A DNA stretch of 64,000 nucleotides from Selaginella moellendorffii (lineage: Eukaryota; Plantae; Lycopodiophyta). The notes beneath the pieces are model-generated. The model had not been told where the DNA came from and made no database searches. It worked only from the letters and a program-made list of their open reading frames with translations. This document shows positions 23,407-35,791 of this stretch, piece by piece (position 1 is the first letter of the stretch; the number at the start of each line of letters is the position of its first letter). Made by a program: the position numbers and the translations under genes. The stretch spans positions 1,137,434-1,201,433 of the forward strand of contig NW_003314276.1 of NCBI RefSeq assembly GCF_000143415.4, written 5' to 3'.

Positions 23407-25517
23407 GTTCTCATGAACCTGCCAACTTGACTTCAAGGCATCACGCCTTGGTGCATTCGGTGTCTTTACACTATCGGCTTCACGAGTTTACCTTTATAAC
23501 ACTTCTTACTTGTGTCTAAGTTCTTGCCAAGATTAATATAGTTATTTCTCATACCAACTATTTGTTAACATTGCATCATAGAGTTTACACACAACTTTGT
23601 GTCAAAGTTGTTTTCTTCTGGAAACACCTTTCCCATGACTTTAATATGGAACATTCTGCCATCAATAAGATACCCACTATTTTCATACTTAGAATTTATG
23701 ATTCTCCCCATCTTTCATGGGGCACAATACATCTCAATCCAAATGCTTTTACCAATCCCTAAAGACCATTCCTTGACTCTACTTGAGTCATCCAACATTT
23801 TTGAATTTTGCTAATCCAATGACCCATAAGGTCCTATTTTTGAGATGTCAGCTCGCTGGAATACAACTTTGTGTATTTATATCCTACTCACAAGGACCAT
23901 CTTTGCAAATGTTGCTATAACACTTGATTATTCCTCGTTTTCTATGGGTTACTTTTGCTCCTTATGACTATCCATCTATATGATGAGAATACCAACTCAT
24001 CCTTTGAGCACGCCCCCAACTCCTTGGCTTTGTTCCAACATTTATAAAAGGTAACCCTAGCTACCATTTCAAGGACTTGTGGCTTCATCTGTATTTCACC
24101 TCTCACAGTCATTAGTTCCAGTCTCCAATTTATGAGCACCAACCTCAACCATATGAGAATAATCTTGTGACTCCTTTATTATTTTGGAGTCCCTATCTTT
24201 TCTGTGATCCCAACTATAATTGTTTACCACAACTATATTAGCTAGTTTGCTAAGTCAAACGTTTATCTGGATCATATCCTCAACTCTCTGAGGAAAACTT
24301 TATACTGTTCCCAAGATTCCAAAGTCATTCCATTATTAACCATTTTCTATCCACCACCTCATTTACAAGTTCATACATGAATTGTAGTGGAGAGCCATGT
24401 CTTCTCAACTTGCTACTCCCCAAGGATAGACCCACTCCTAGAACTTTTCGATACCAACACTAGTGATGATATACTTGAGCACCAATAAAAGTCAGACTAA
24501 GGAACAACTCTAATACCAAATTGTAAGCGATTAATTTTTCCATTCTACTTTAATCACTTAACCACACCTCCAACCACTTGAAGGAGTCTTAATCACAACC
24601 TCCATAAGTCCAATTCAAGATTTGGGGCTTGCTAGCCTCGAGAGTGGCATCCATGCTAGTCAACCTTTGCACTTGGTCCAAGTGCTTTATATGTCCGATC
24701 TCATAACTGACACCCAAAAGTACCACCGACATATTGGCCTATTACTCTAAGGCCATGTTTATTTACCTTTGCCACACTGGTGGTCCAATACCACTTGCCT
24801 TATAGTTCTGTTTTTCACAGATTGGGCCATCCATCCATGAGTGGTCATTCTAGATCCACTCCTTAGCATCTTTAGAATGCCCACAGACATGGGGAACAAC
24901 CTTCCCCAATATCCCTTTTCTAATCCTTACCAAGTCCCTTTCTATCCATGGCTATATTCGCCAACACTACCACTAGATTAAAGCTCATAGGCCTGACTAC
25001 TAAGTCCCACTGTCCTTTGAGACTTCCACACCATGTGACCATAGCCTTGCTCAATACATTAGAGGATTGCCCTTCTTCCTTTCCATAGTCTGGGACTTTA
25101 GGACAACATTTCGAAACACCGTGGCCCTACACGAGCCTCAGGTGTACTCTCCCCACCTTCCACATTTGGGTGTTCTAGCCATGGGCTTAGAGCGAGGTTC
25201 TGTTGAGCCATGCCAGGTATCTAAGTAGGTAGTGCCACCCATGTTTGGATTGGGAGCATCAGCCATTCGATCTCCCAAGGGAACTAGAGCTGGCTCTTGA
25301 ACAATTCAGCAAGCTACCCCACATGTCAGTCTGTATTTACTCTAGCCTTGGACTTCCTAGTGGTTATCCCATCACCCAACACTTGGGTGCAACCTTCCTG
25401 GGCTAAACTACCCTTTCCTGGCTAAACTGACTCCACTAGAGTCCTCCCATCTACTATATTTTTGGAGCTCACCAAACCCCCTAGGGTCTGGGAGACAAAC
25501 ACTTTGGGCTTTCACCC

Positions 25518-26155
25518 TCGAACTCGAACTCGAACTCGGACTCAGACTTGGACTTGGACTCGAACGCAGGCTCGAGCTCGGTCTCGGCCTCGACTTTGAT
25601 TTTGGTCTTGGTCTCAGTCCTAGTCCCGATCTCGGTCTCAATCTTGGTCTCATTCTCGACCTCAAACTCCATCTCGAATTCCATCTCGGGTCCATCTTAG
25701 ACTCCATCTCGGGTCCATCTCGGACTCCATCTCGATCCATCTCGGACTCTATCTATGTCCATCTCGAACTCCATCTCGGGTCCATCTTGGACTCCATCTT
25801 AGACTGCATCTCGAGTCCATCTCAGTCCATCTCGGATTCCATCTCGGCTCCATCTCAGACTCCATCTTGGACTCTATCCTGGGTCCATCTCGGACTGCAT
25901 CTTGGGTCCATCTTGGTTCATCTCGGATTCCATCTTGGGTCCATCTCGGACTCCATCTTGGACTCCATCTCGGTCCATCTCGGACTCCATCTTGGACTGC
26001 ATCTTGGGTCCATTTCGGTCCATCTCGGTCCATCTCAAGTCCATCTCAGGTCCATCTTGGAGTCCATCTCAGGTCCATCTCGGACTTTATTTCGGACTCC
26101 ATCTTGGTCCATCTTAGATTCCATCTCGGGTCCATCTCGGACTCCATCTCAGGTC
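25518..26155. repeat. LTR minisatellite (CTCGAA/GGACTC hexamers plus CCATCTC units)
   Basis: Directly visible; longer than the array in the partner LTR. Confidence 0.9.
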
Positions 26156-26856
26156 CTCTTGTGTCCCTTTTCTAGAGACTCTCTTATTGCTTGTTTAATG
26201 CTTGTTTCTTGAGCACTCCATCGGGAGTTCCATTCTTGCTCTCGACTCTTCAAGTTGGAGCTTTTAGTCCAAATGTGTTATGCTCGTTTGGCTTTCGCTT
26301 TAGCCACTACCACGTGGCACCCTTTTGGCTCCACTTTCCGGCTTAGGGATTTGTGTTTCACAACACACTAATGTATTTTGGCAAGAACTTATTTGTGCCT
26401 TGATTCAGATAAGACAAATTGAAAACCCTAGCATAAAGAATGAGTGAAGATGATATATATAGTATACCTATTAGGTATGGCATGATTGATTAAAAAGAAT
26501 ACTTTACCAAGAAACATCTAGTTTGCATTTGAATCGTCACATTATATGGGCTCAGGTGGGAATTTGGAGCTCAAGAGCAACCCACATATTACAATTATAG
26601 CTATCCTCTTTCTTAACACCAAAAGAAAGACTTCCCTTCAACTTCATTGATTGATGAAGTAAAATGTAACAATCATAAGCAAATTATAGAGTAACAATGG
26701 AGTAGTAGAAGTGAATGATTTAGTTCAAATTCAATCCTTATAGATGATGTTAGACAGCTGCCAAATTATAGGTAATCATATTGTGGTAATTTTCAATTTA
26801 ATTTCTTGCTGTGAATGCATGGAATATGGAAAGGGAATATAAAAAATGTGTATATC

Positions 26857-27662
26857 AATTAACCCAAAAACCCTAGTTTATATACAAGAGCAAGTGGTAC
26901 AAATTGAAATTAATTTAACAGCTACTAAAATCCTATTATGCTAATATTAGTATACAGCATTGTAGTGGTAGACTTGGACCTCACATCATCCCCTTCTTTT
27001 AGAATAATAAAAGGCCATCAAGGTTCTCTTGTAGATAGGCTAGGATCTAGAGGAATATTAAAAGGAGGCATTAGTGGATCTGTAGGTGGTATTAATTCTT
27101 CTTTATCCTTTTATATGAAGTTTTTCAACCACTACACATGCACAATTTCTAGAGGATCAACTTACTAATGTCATGCTAAACCTCATAAATTTGCAGTCCA
27201 ATTTGCTGCAACACTCAATACGGTCTTTTCCATTGAGTAAGGAGCCTTTTAGATAAACCAAGATGGGGAAAATAAATTAACACCAAGTCATCCACTTTGT
27301 ACTTTGCAGGTGGATGATAATGGGAGTTATAGCACCGTTGTTATCCCACTTGTATGTGGTCTAGGTGTTCGGCAGACTCTACTTGGACAAGTGGAAGAAT
27401 GTTTGTTAAATACTGATCCCATAACCTAACATTAATAGCTCATGGCAATCACAAAGGTAAACCCAACTCTATTAGTAATATTGGATTATGACCATATATG
27501 AATTTATATGGTGAAGCACCAACAAACTCTACATTTGTAATATATGCATACTGAAAAGACGGCAAATAACCATCCCAATCCGAATGCTGAAAATTCATAT
27601 ATTTCATGATCATGTTTGAACGAGTTGTTCCACCAAATTGTTTAACTATGGATGATAGAACA
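26857..27662 (-). mobile_element. Second degenerate copy of the gypsy integrase/3' region (paralogous to 6365-7190)
   Basis: Collinear nucleotide similarity with 6365-7190. Minus translation DWDGYLPSFQYAYITNVEFVGASPYKFIYGHNP is an integrase core C-terminal motif. Confidence 0.8.
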
Positions 27663-28273
27663 GCTAACCAACCTTACATAGCTTTGAAGAGGAAGCCTCG
27701 AGTGTCCACAAAGATCCTCTATGCAACATGAGGTAACTTTTACAGTTTCCTTGAAATGGTTTGAGAAGTGTCTTCCAGATCAAGTATAACCATTAAAAAG
27801 AAAGTGAGTATAAATTCAAGGCAAAGTGTTGCCATTATAAGTTCTCACTTAAAGCTCCAATACTTGCAGCATAAGTTTTGCTTATGATTGCCTAGGATGC
27901 ATACCATACTGGTTTTTAATGCCTTTTTCTTTCATTTTAAGCTTGATAGTCTTTCTCTAGAAAACACTCATAGCAATAGTTTGAAACAGGCATTTTAATC
28001 ATGTTCATGACTTCTTTGAAATGTAGGAACACTCTGACTTGGTCAATGATAAAAACACTGCAGTTTTAAATTTGAAGGTATGTTTTTCTTATATAAAAAC
28101 CAATTCGACTTTAGTGTGAACTTTGATTTGCACTGCAAAGCTGCCAATGAGAGGCCATTCTTTACTGTGCAGCAAGCCACGGATGAGCATGGGAGGTTCT
28201 TTCTCAACATTCCATCAAAAAGACAACTTCTCCACTCACAACAAAGTGTTGACCATTGAGCGAAAAAAGCATC

Positions 28274-28890
28274 ATGAAGAATGCATTACCGTTGCTGTTC
28301 CTGCTGGGTGATTGCTCGCTGGCTATCCAGGGATGCAACAGTGTGGAGAGCAAGCTGGCCCAGGGCTATTGAGAGCGCATCCACGTGTTTTCTCCATTGC
28401 CGATTTTGGGGGAGTGAGCAATGGGATCATACTTAACACCAAGGCGTTCCATAAGGCAATTGATCACATTGGCAGCTTTGGCAAGCTGGGAGGCACGATG
28501 ATTGGCTCACCAGATGCTTCAATCTCACAAGCCATATGACTCTCTTCTTGGAATAGGATGCCACAATCCTCACTCTAAGGTAAGAGAAGAGTTCTAGCAC
28601 AAACAATAAAAACTGATTTTTTTCTGGATTTCTTCATTAGGATCCTTAAGATTGGCTTGTGCTTGATCCCTTGCCATCATATGGGTGAGGAAGAGAGCCT
28701 CCAAGGAAGAGATACATGAGCTTGCTTCATGGGCTAAGGATCACCGATGTCGCAATCACAAGTATTTATAAACACTTAGTGATCAATTGAAAAATATTTG
28801 ATTTTTCCAAGAAACAATGGCACCATTGATGGCCAAGGCCTCATCTGGTGGAACTGATTCCACTCCAAAACCCTCTAGCACACTTGGGAG
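28274..28890 (+). pseudogene. Polygalacturonase-like (GH28) pseudogene fragment
   Basis: FSIADFGGVSNGIILNTKAFHKAI, WLT..FNLTSHMTLFLE*DATIL, LDPLPSYG*GR and NNGTIDGQGLIWW, with remnant introns, stops and frameshifts. The 3' half is missing. Confidence 0.8.
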
Positions 28891-29117
28891 CCATTTGTCT
28901 AGCTCTAAGTAATATTAAAGTTCTTAAATCTTAGTGTTATATATTTATTCATATTCCAAGTAAACACATTATTTAATATATATGATATAAAAAATATATT
29001 CATATCGTTAGCTTATACTTTGCATCTAATATCTATGAAAAGTATTTATTCTAAGAAATTCATATTTTACTTTTTTCTGAGTCAAGTATTAATTTTCTTA
29101 AAATCTTAGTATTCTAA

Positions 29118-29215
29118 TCTATATTCTATATATATAAAGCGATAAAAGGGGGGAGGCCTGGTAGCCATTGGATCCCAAGCCTGGGACAGGCTTGGTATCC
29201 ATGGTTATGGGAAAA
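29118..29215 (+). repeat. Dispersed repeat end, possibly a Helitron-type 5' terminus (related copies at 49210-49340 on minus, 59536-59620 on plus)
   Basis: TCTATA..TATATAAA followed by GATCCCA.GCCTGGGACAG.CTTGG...CCATGGTT. The reverse complement of this core is at 49255-49295, and a weaker match is at 59585-59615. Confidence 0.5.
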
Positions 29216-29693
29216 ATCACATTGATGTTTGGATGGCCAATCAATAACGGGCATGCTAGCTGGAAGAGAAGAAGTTCATTGTGGGTGAAAGCCATGGATT
29301 AGAGAAGACACACATTAGTCCAGGAATTTGAGACAATCACATTGCACTCAAGACAAGAGAAATTTGCTTTCTCTCAACTTTGTTCAATGGTAATAAATTC
29401 AAGTCTATCAAAAAGGCTATCAAAGGGATATCTCTCTCTAGGTTGTGGCATTACAGGCCTAATGGTTATTAAAGCTGAATTATGTAGTAGTGACCACCGA
29501 GTATCTTCTCCAATTTTTGGATTGTCAAGATAAAACAATGGATTGTTAGCTCTTCTGGGTTTTTATGTGATGTCAGTGTTGTGATGTGAGGTCAGAAAGG
29601 TCAGGAAGTTTCTTAGATGGCTTAGAGTGAAGAAGAGTGACTCTTAGGTAGTTAGAGATCAACAAATAAATTTTGAGATGTGAACAAGTTTTG

Positions 29694-31457
29694 TCACAAA
29701 GATATATTGGTGAGTTTGAGAGGCTTTGCCAACTACCCAACATTAGCTAGGCATTTGCTATTACATATAAAATTACCTTGAGTATGGCTGTGATTGCATT
29801 AGCCAGTTCCATGTACAAGCACCTAAATGTGCTTGGAATATTCCCATGAGATAATCCATAACTCTGAAAGAATTAACAAAATTATGTTATACCAGAAAAA
29901 GGTGAAATAAATTTAGTAATGTTATCGCACCTTCAGGCCTTGTACAAGCCCAGTAGAGCGATCACAGGCAAATCCCAACAGATCAAGAGCCAGCGCCGCA
30001 AGCTTATCGGAGATCTTGGCGTGATTGAGCGCATTGTAGGACTGGACGAAGCTGCCGAGCGTCACAGTGGACGATGCGTCCTCTTCGTAACCGTTGTTGA
30101 TGAGCCTTCTCATCAGGCGGAGCGTCCTCGTCTTTCTCTCTTCATCCGCCAGATCGGACTTGCTCTGGCTCTCCTCCTCGATCGCGAGAGACGGCGGTGC
30201 CGTGATGAGCGCCGAGGCAGCCGAGTCCAGCGCGCTCAAGTACTGGACCACGCCCTCCCGGAGAAAAGTTTTGGAGGATTCACAGCAGCCTTCTTCTTTC
30301 ACGCAGGCAGCGCACAGTTCCCTGTCTTCCCTGCAAGATATCATCCTCGCACTCGATCCCAAGCTTCTTAAGAAACTGGAGCTTACTTGGTCAGGAAATA
30401 GATCCACTCGCAGAGTGACAGACACTTGTTGCACAGGCGTATTGAATCGTCCTTGAATTCCTGGTAAGGCCCGGAAACCCAGTCAGGCACGTCCTTTAGC
30501 ACCGGGAGGAACACGCTGACAAATCCATGCAACGTCGACTGGAGACGAAAGAAAGCTTGGTCAGAGTTGACAAGCACGAACAAACCGAGTTACCTTGTTC
30601 TTGGGATGTGGAGAAGACACTGGAGTATCAACTGGCTTGGCTGAAGAGGCTAGAGAGCTTAGATCCTCCATAAGTGGCTGTTTTATGCGTCTTGGTCGAG
30701 GAAGAGCTTCGAGACCTTGATCCCGGGAGCTTTGATCAGCTGAAGAAATGCGAAGAACAGGAGGAGCTAGTGGTGGAGGAGGCGGAGAACTTGGAAGAAG
30801 GTTTACATCCTTATCTGAACAACGCCGACGAGCTCGAGAACTTTGGTCGACCGCAGGAGGTGGAGGAGGAGCCCGAAAACTTCGCGTCCGACGAACTGGG
30901 GAATCCACTGGAGTAGCTTCCGCAGGAGCTGGCGAACTTTGTGGATCGCGAGAAGTTTGATCAGTTCGAGGACTTTGATTCGCGAGAAGACCCCGAGGAC
31001 TTCGATTACGAGGAGCTGCCGCACTCTGGTCCCCTACTATAACTTTGGGAGGAGCTGGAGACCTTTGATCCCCTGGGATAGCTTCTATACCGTCTAGCGA
31101 ACTTTGACCTGGAGGAGCTTGACGACGGACCGGCGGAGCTGTTGGAATTTGATCCGCTAGAGAACCTTCCGGAGCAGCCGGAGAACTTTGATCAGCTGGA
31201 GGAGCTCGAAAACCATGATCAACAGCAACTGGAGGAGGTCGGGAACTTCCACTACGATCTGATGGCGCTGGAGAACTTTTCTTCGCAACCACCGGAGGAG
31301 CTGGAAGTATTATAACGTCTGGAGGAGCTCGGGAACTTCCACTACGATCTGATGGCGCTGGAGAACTTTTCTTTGCAACCACCGGAGGAGCTGGAAGGAT
31401 TATAACGTCTGGACAAGTTCTTGGGGACGATAACGGACTGTCCGGATCGAGGTCCAC
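29694..31457 (-). CDS. Uncharacterised multi-exon protein: Pro/Ser-rich N-terminal exon plus Cys-containing helical C-terminal region (start codon not resolved)
   Basis: Open exons about 30594-31464, 30386-30540, 29930-30331, 29777-29863 and 29694-29732 with GT/AG borders. No family recognised. Confidence 0.65.
31231..31412. repeat. 90-bp tandem duplication in coding exon (PDVIILPAPPVVAKKSSPAPSDRSGSSR x2)
   Basis: GGGAACTTCCACTACGATCTGATGGCGCTGG starts at both 31241 and 31331. Confidence 0.9.
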
Positions 31458-32111
31458 TATTTCCCTGTAAAGCTTTTGGAAGGAAGAAAGCTGTTAGTAC
31501 ACAGATGAGGAAGAACAGAAGCGAAAACGAGAATGCCACTTACTTTCCCCGGAGAAAGAAAAATCACATCGTCTGGGATTCTCGAGGAACTGGGTAAATC
31601 CTCTTGCCTTTCCTCCTCTCCACGGGCCAGTTCTTCGATCTATAACTCCGGTTAATCAAACGAGAAGAAGGAAATGCAAAAGATAAAACTCACTGGTGCC
31701 GCTGGCTCTTGATCCAGAATCGCTGCTTTCTCCTGAAACGGGAAGACGACATCAATCTCTAGAAAGCAACGAGATCTCACCTCAGGAGCAGCCTCAATCC
31801 GCGGTTTCTTCTGGCGATTGTAGCGATTTCCACGAGAAATCCACGAATCACGACACAATGTACACATCAAACGACGCGGAGGCTTACCTCTGGCAGCGAG
31901 AACCGCTCGCGAATCGCCGCCAGCTCCGTGTGAAGCGTTCGAATGCGCGATTCCCAGCTCTCCTCTTTGCGCTTCGCCATGTTAGTCGAAGAACCCTAAC
32001 TGGAGATTAAAAATCTAACGTGTTTTAAAAAGGGCAAACCCTCCGTACAATCCCTGTCAAACGGGAAATCACGTTTTCCGTACGTCTCTCTTCTTCGTTC
32101 GCCTTTCTTGA

Positions 32112-33983
32112 CTATAGGCTGGAAGCGAGCGTTTCGTGGATGAATTCCGCGATCTCGTTCGCCAGTTCGCAGTTCTGGCCAATCTGCAAGAGAAATTCCT
32201 CTCGTCAGTCACTCGTGATCGACGTGAAAGAGAATGATTCTCTCTAAAAGATCGATCTTTTAGATCGATCAATCACGAAAGAACTGGAACGAGGAGGAAG
32301 GGAACTTAGTACCTTGACTTCGAAGGCGTAGAGCACCGTGTGATCGATCGTTGTCACGTTGGTGTGGAGGATGCTAAACAGCAGCTTGTTCTCCAGCGCG
32401 GTCATCGTCTTGAGCAGCTGCCCGGGTTTCTTCTGCGAGAGGATCTTGATGTTTGCGTTGCTGCCCGTGATCTTCACCTCCACCTGGGCGATCTCCGACT
32501 TGGCCTCCCCGTACAGCTCGCGCAGCGGCTCGTACAGCCCCGTGTCGAAGTACTTGACGTCGAGTGGCAGCGGTGGCGGCGGCGGCGGCGCTGGCGGCGA
32601 CGCTCGGATCATCCCGCCACCACCGCCAGGAAAGCCGGCGGCCACCGCTTGGATGATCGTGGTTGGCGATCCCAGCATTCTCGGCGGTGCCTCCACGAAG
32701 CTCATCTTGCGCTTCTTCTGCTCCTCGAGGCATTGTAGCAGCTGCTGGAGCTCCTTGACGAACTCGATCGCGCCGCCGATGATCGAGGCCTGGTCTCCCT
32801 GCAAGAACAATGAGTGTTTCGTAGTCAGTGACAATCGCTACTGCTCTCTCTCACACACACGAATATGAAAATCTGATTGAGAGGTGGGCAGCCAGTCCCT
32901 TTCTATCTCACAAAAACTCGTGATGAGCTCATCTGGAGCTCACGACGATCTAGCCATGAAAATATAGCGAAGAGAAAAGCATGGAAAAAGCGAAAAAATC
33001 AGTTTTTGAGCAATCTGATGGAAGAAGAAAAAAACGAATAGCGAAGAGAAAAAAAAATGGAAAAAGAGAGTAGCAATCTAGCTATCTATTGATGAACCAG
33101 AAAAAGAACGTACCCGCTGGACGTAAGATCCTGGCATGAGAGCGCGAAGAACTCGTAGATGCTCGTTCATCTGGCGTCGGCGATTGCGCTCCACTGCGAT
33201 GTGCGTCATTCGCTGGCTCTCCACTTCCTCGCTGCTCTTGCAAGGCCTGGATCTCTTCCGCTTGGGCTTGTTGCTGGTTCTTGTCGTGGTCGCCTCGAGG
33301 ACGGAGCTAGATCTGGAAGCTCCCCCCCACGAAGAATTGGCCTGAAACGATGCTGTTGTTGTGTTCTTCTTGCCATTGATGTCGCCCAAGGAGTGGAAAG
33401 AAGCGTGGTGCTGCTCCCCACCATCTTCGTCGTAGTCAGTCCAGAGCTTGGTTATTCCCGGAGCTTCAATCTCGACGCTCGAGGGAGAGGCTTGCTGCAG
33501 CGTCAATCCCTGCTGCTCGAGCTCCTCGGCTTTGTCCGAGCGCTCCGCAAACATGGATCGACTTAGAAACTGGAAGGAGCCGAAGCCGCCGCCACCGCCG
33601 TTGCCTGGATGCTCGTCTTCCGGAGTCCTGGAAGAAGCTCCTGCTGCTGGAATTCCTCCTCCCCCGCCATCTCCTGCTCCTCCTCCTCCTGCTGCTGCTG
33701 CCGCTGCAGTAGTTCCTTGCTCGGGAAAGGCTGAAATCTCTGGAAAAATCGCCTTTTCATGCAGTGACGAGGAACTGGAGCTGTTGTTGGCGGCGTTGTT
33801 TGAGAATTGCGACGAAGCGAACATGTCGAACAAGGTGCTGCTTATCGGAGTTTCATCACCGCCGGCGCCGCCACTCACACTCTCGTGCTCGAGAATATCA
33901 ATCCGGGAGATCTCGTCTGGCGAGGACAGCCTCGGTGGTCGCTGCATTATCTCCGGAGCTGCACTGGATTGTACTCCTGGCAT
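32112..33983 (-). CDS. bHLH subgroup Ia stomatal regulator (SPCH/MUTE/FAMA-like, SMF); exons 33114-33983, 32313-32798, 32112-32183
   Basis: [35 protein letters not shown]|[25 protein letters not shown], plus a C-terminal ACT-like SMF domain ([28 protein letters not shown]). Canonical splice sites. The start may lie further upstream. Confidence 0.93.
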
Positions 33984-35791
33984 CTGCTGCTGCGACGAGA
34001 CCACACGTGAACTTCTTTCGGTCGGAATCACTGTGGTTGCGTTAACTCGACTCGAGCGTGGAGGAGGAGAACAGTCGCGCGAGGAAGTGGAAGAACAAAA
34101 GCTCGCTCGTGGATCCAAGCAGACCCGGCCTAGTAGAAAACTTTGTTCGTCTTGGTTGTTTTGTTTACCAGCAGCCAGGCTCCGTGAATCGTACGCAGCA
34201 TCACGAGCACAGCCGAGACGACGGGGTCTCTTTTCTCTCTCGTCGCGTGGAATCCGAATAGAAAAATGTTGAATTCCTCGTCGTTGCCGAGTGAAAGGAC
34301 CTCTTGTTTTCGAGCAATTGAGTTTTTCACTGTGAGCCGAGGAGGTGCTGTCATCCAACCGAATACCGAGCCAAATATATCTGCGACGTAGGCCTCACTG
34401 ATTGAAAGAATGATACCGCGTTTGTAGGTCCTCGGAGCTATGGAGCAAGGAGGCACCAGCTAGAGAATGAGGGACAGCAAGTAACTCGTAACACAACTGC
34501 TGGCTCGTTCGGACCTTCGTACTCAGCGACAAAGGACACTCCTTTTCTTCTTTCGTCTCCTTTTTTCTCTCCCGTTTATGCTTTTTCTCTACAGGGACCG
34601 GCCACGGCGCCTGCAAACAGATCATAAGCAACTCATTAGATGCGATCGAGCCAGCGAGCGAAAGAAGAGAAAAAGAAAGAAAGAAACAACGGACAAGCGC
34701 GTGAAAGAGGCAAGCATTGACTTACAGACCTTTGCAGTGTTCCTCTGCCTCGGCAAGTTTTTGTTCCAAGCCGATGGTGTATTGTCAGCATTCCGCTGCG
34801 CGGCACTGCAGCAAAACTCCGTCTCTATCTCCGGGCGACTGTGCAAAATTTGGTTAGTTACTCGCACATCGCCAACTTTAAGATGATCCTCCTGGCGAGA
34901 AAACGATGGAGGGCGCGAGAGCCTGTGGTCCCTCCGGTTGGTAAAAGCTGGGCCTGCTACAAGGACCACCGAGTGAGCGAAAACAATCGAATGGAAATGA
35001 CGTTAAGTCACGATTAAGCTCGAGCATACCTTTGCGATAAGTTGTAACAGTGCTGCTTTCTTTGATGGCTGGTTCCAGGAAATAGCGACAAGTTAGAGGA
35101 GATATACAGATCTGCGAAGATCATCGCAGCTCACGGGGGGCGCTCCAGTAGAGAGAGAGAGGACGTCCAGTCTCTCGTGTGATGTCACACTCTTTCAGCT
35201 CTAAGATGATCTCGATGACAATAGAATAGTATTTTCCGAGTCAATCATCCAATCTCTCTCGGCGGCGAGCACCTCAAAAACAGTTAGGCAACTAAAACCC
35301 GTCCCTGACGAAACTCGTCCGGCCTTTGATATCGCCACCGCCATCATCGCTGAATCATCTATGAAGCTTAAAAGCCTGTGCTCTTTTCACTTGACGACCG
35401 GCCAGCCAGAGAATCCAAGTCACAGGATGGAGCACAGAGGCATTTATCACCCGACCGACCCCCTCGATCCAATCACCACTGCGCTGATGTAAACTTCTAG
35501 ATTGATATGAAGCTCCGCCGGGTGTTTTGATCGATCACAAGAGTGAGCGCTAGACTTTGATAGCGATTCTTCATCCTTAGCAAATGCGGGCTTGTGAAAA
35601 GAGGTGTACCCACAAGCTTTTGACTTACGGCCTTTTTTTTCCACCACGTGAAAGCGCAGGGATGCCGTGAACAGCATTCACTCTGACAAAAACCAAGAGC
35701 GCGAAGTGATTGTCGGCGAAAGATTTAAGGAAATTGCCATACCTTTGAAAGTCAAGATTGAAGTTCGGTGAAGCTTTTCAAGGGCGGAGAA

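Larger units (their letters stand above)
18602..26362 (-). mobile_element. Complete, apparently non-autonomous LTR element (family A; LARD-like): LTRs 18602-20301 and 24522-26362
   Basis: Direct LTRs ([C/T]GTAAG...TTTCACA). Near-TSD ACATA/ACACA. Minus-strand PBS TGGTATTAGAG at about 24508-24518. Purine-rich PPT-like AGGTGGTGGGT at 20302-20312. The 4.2 kb internal region has no long ORF. Confidence 0.85.
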
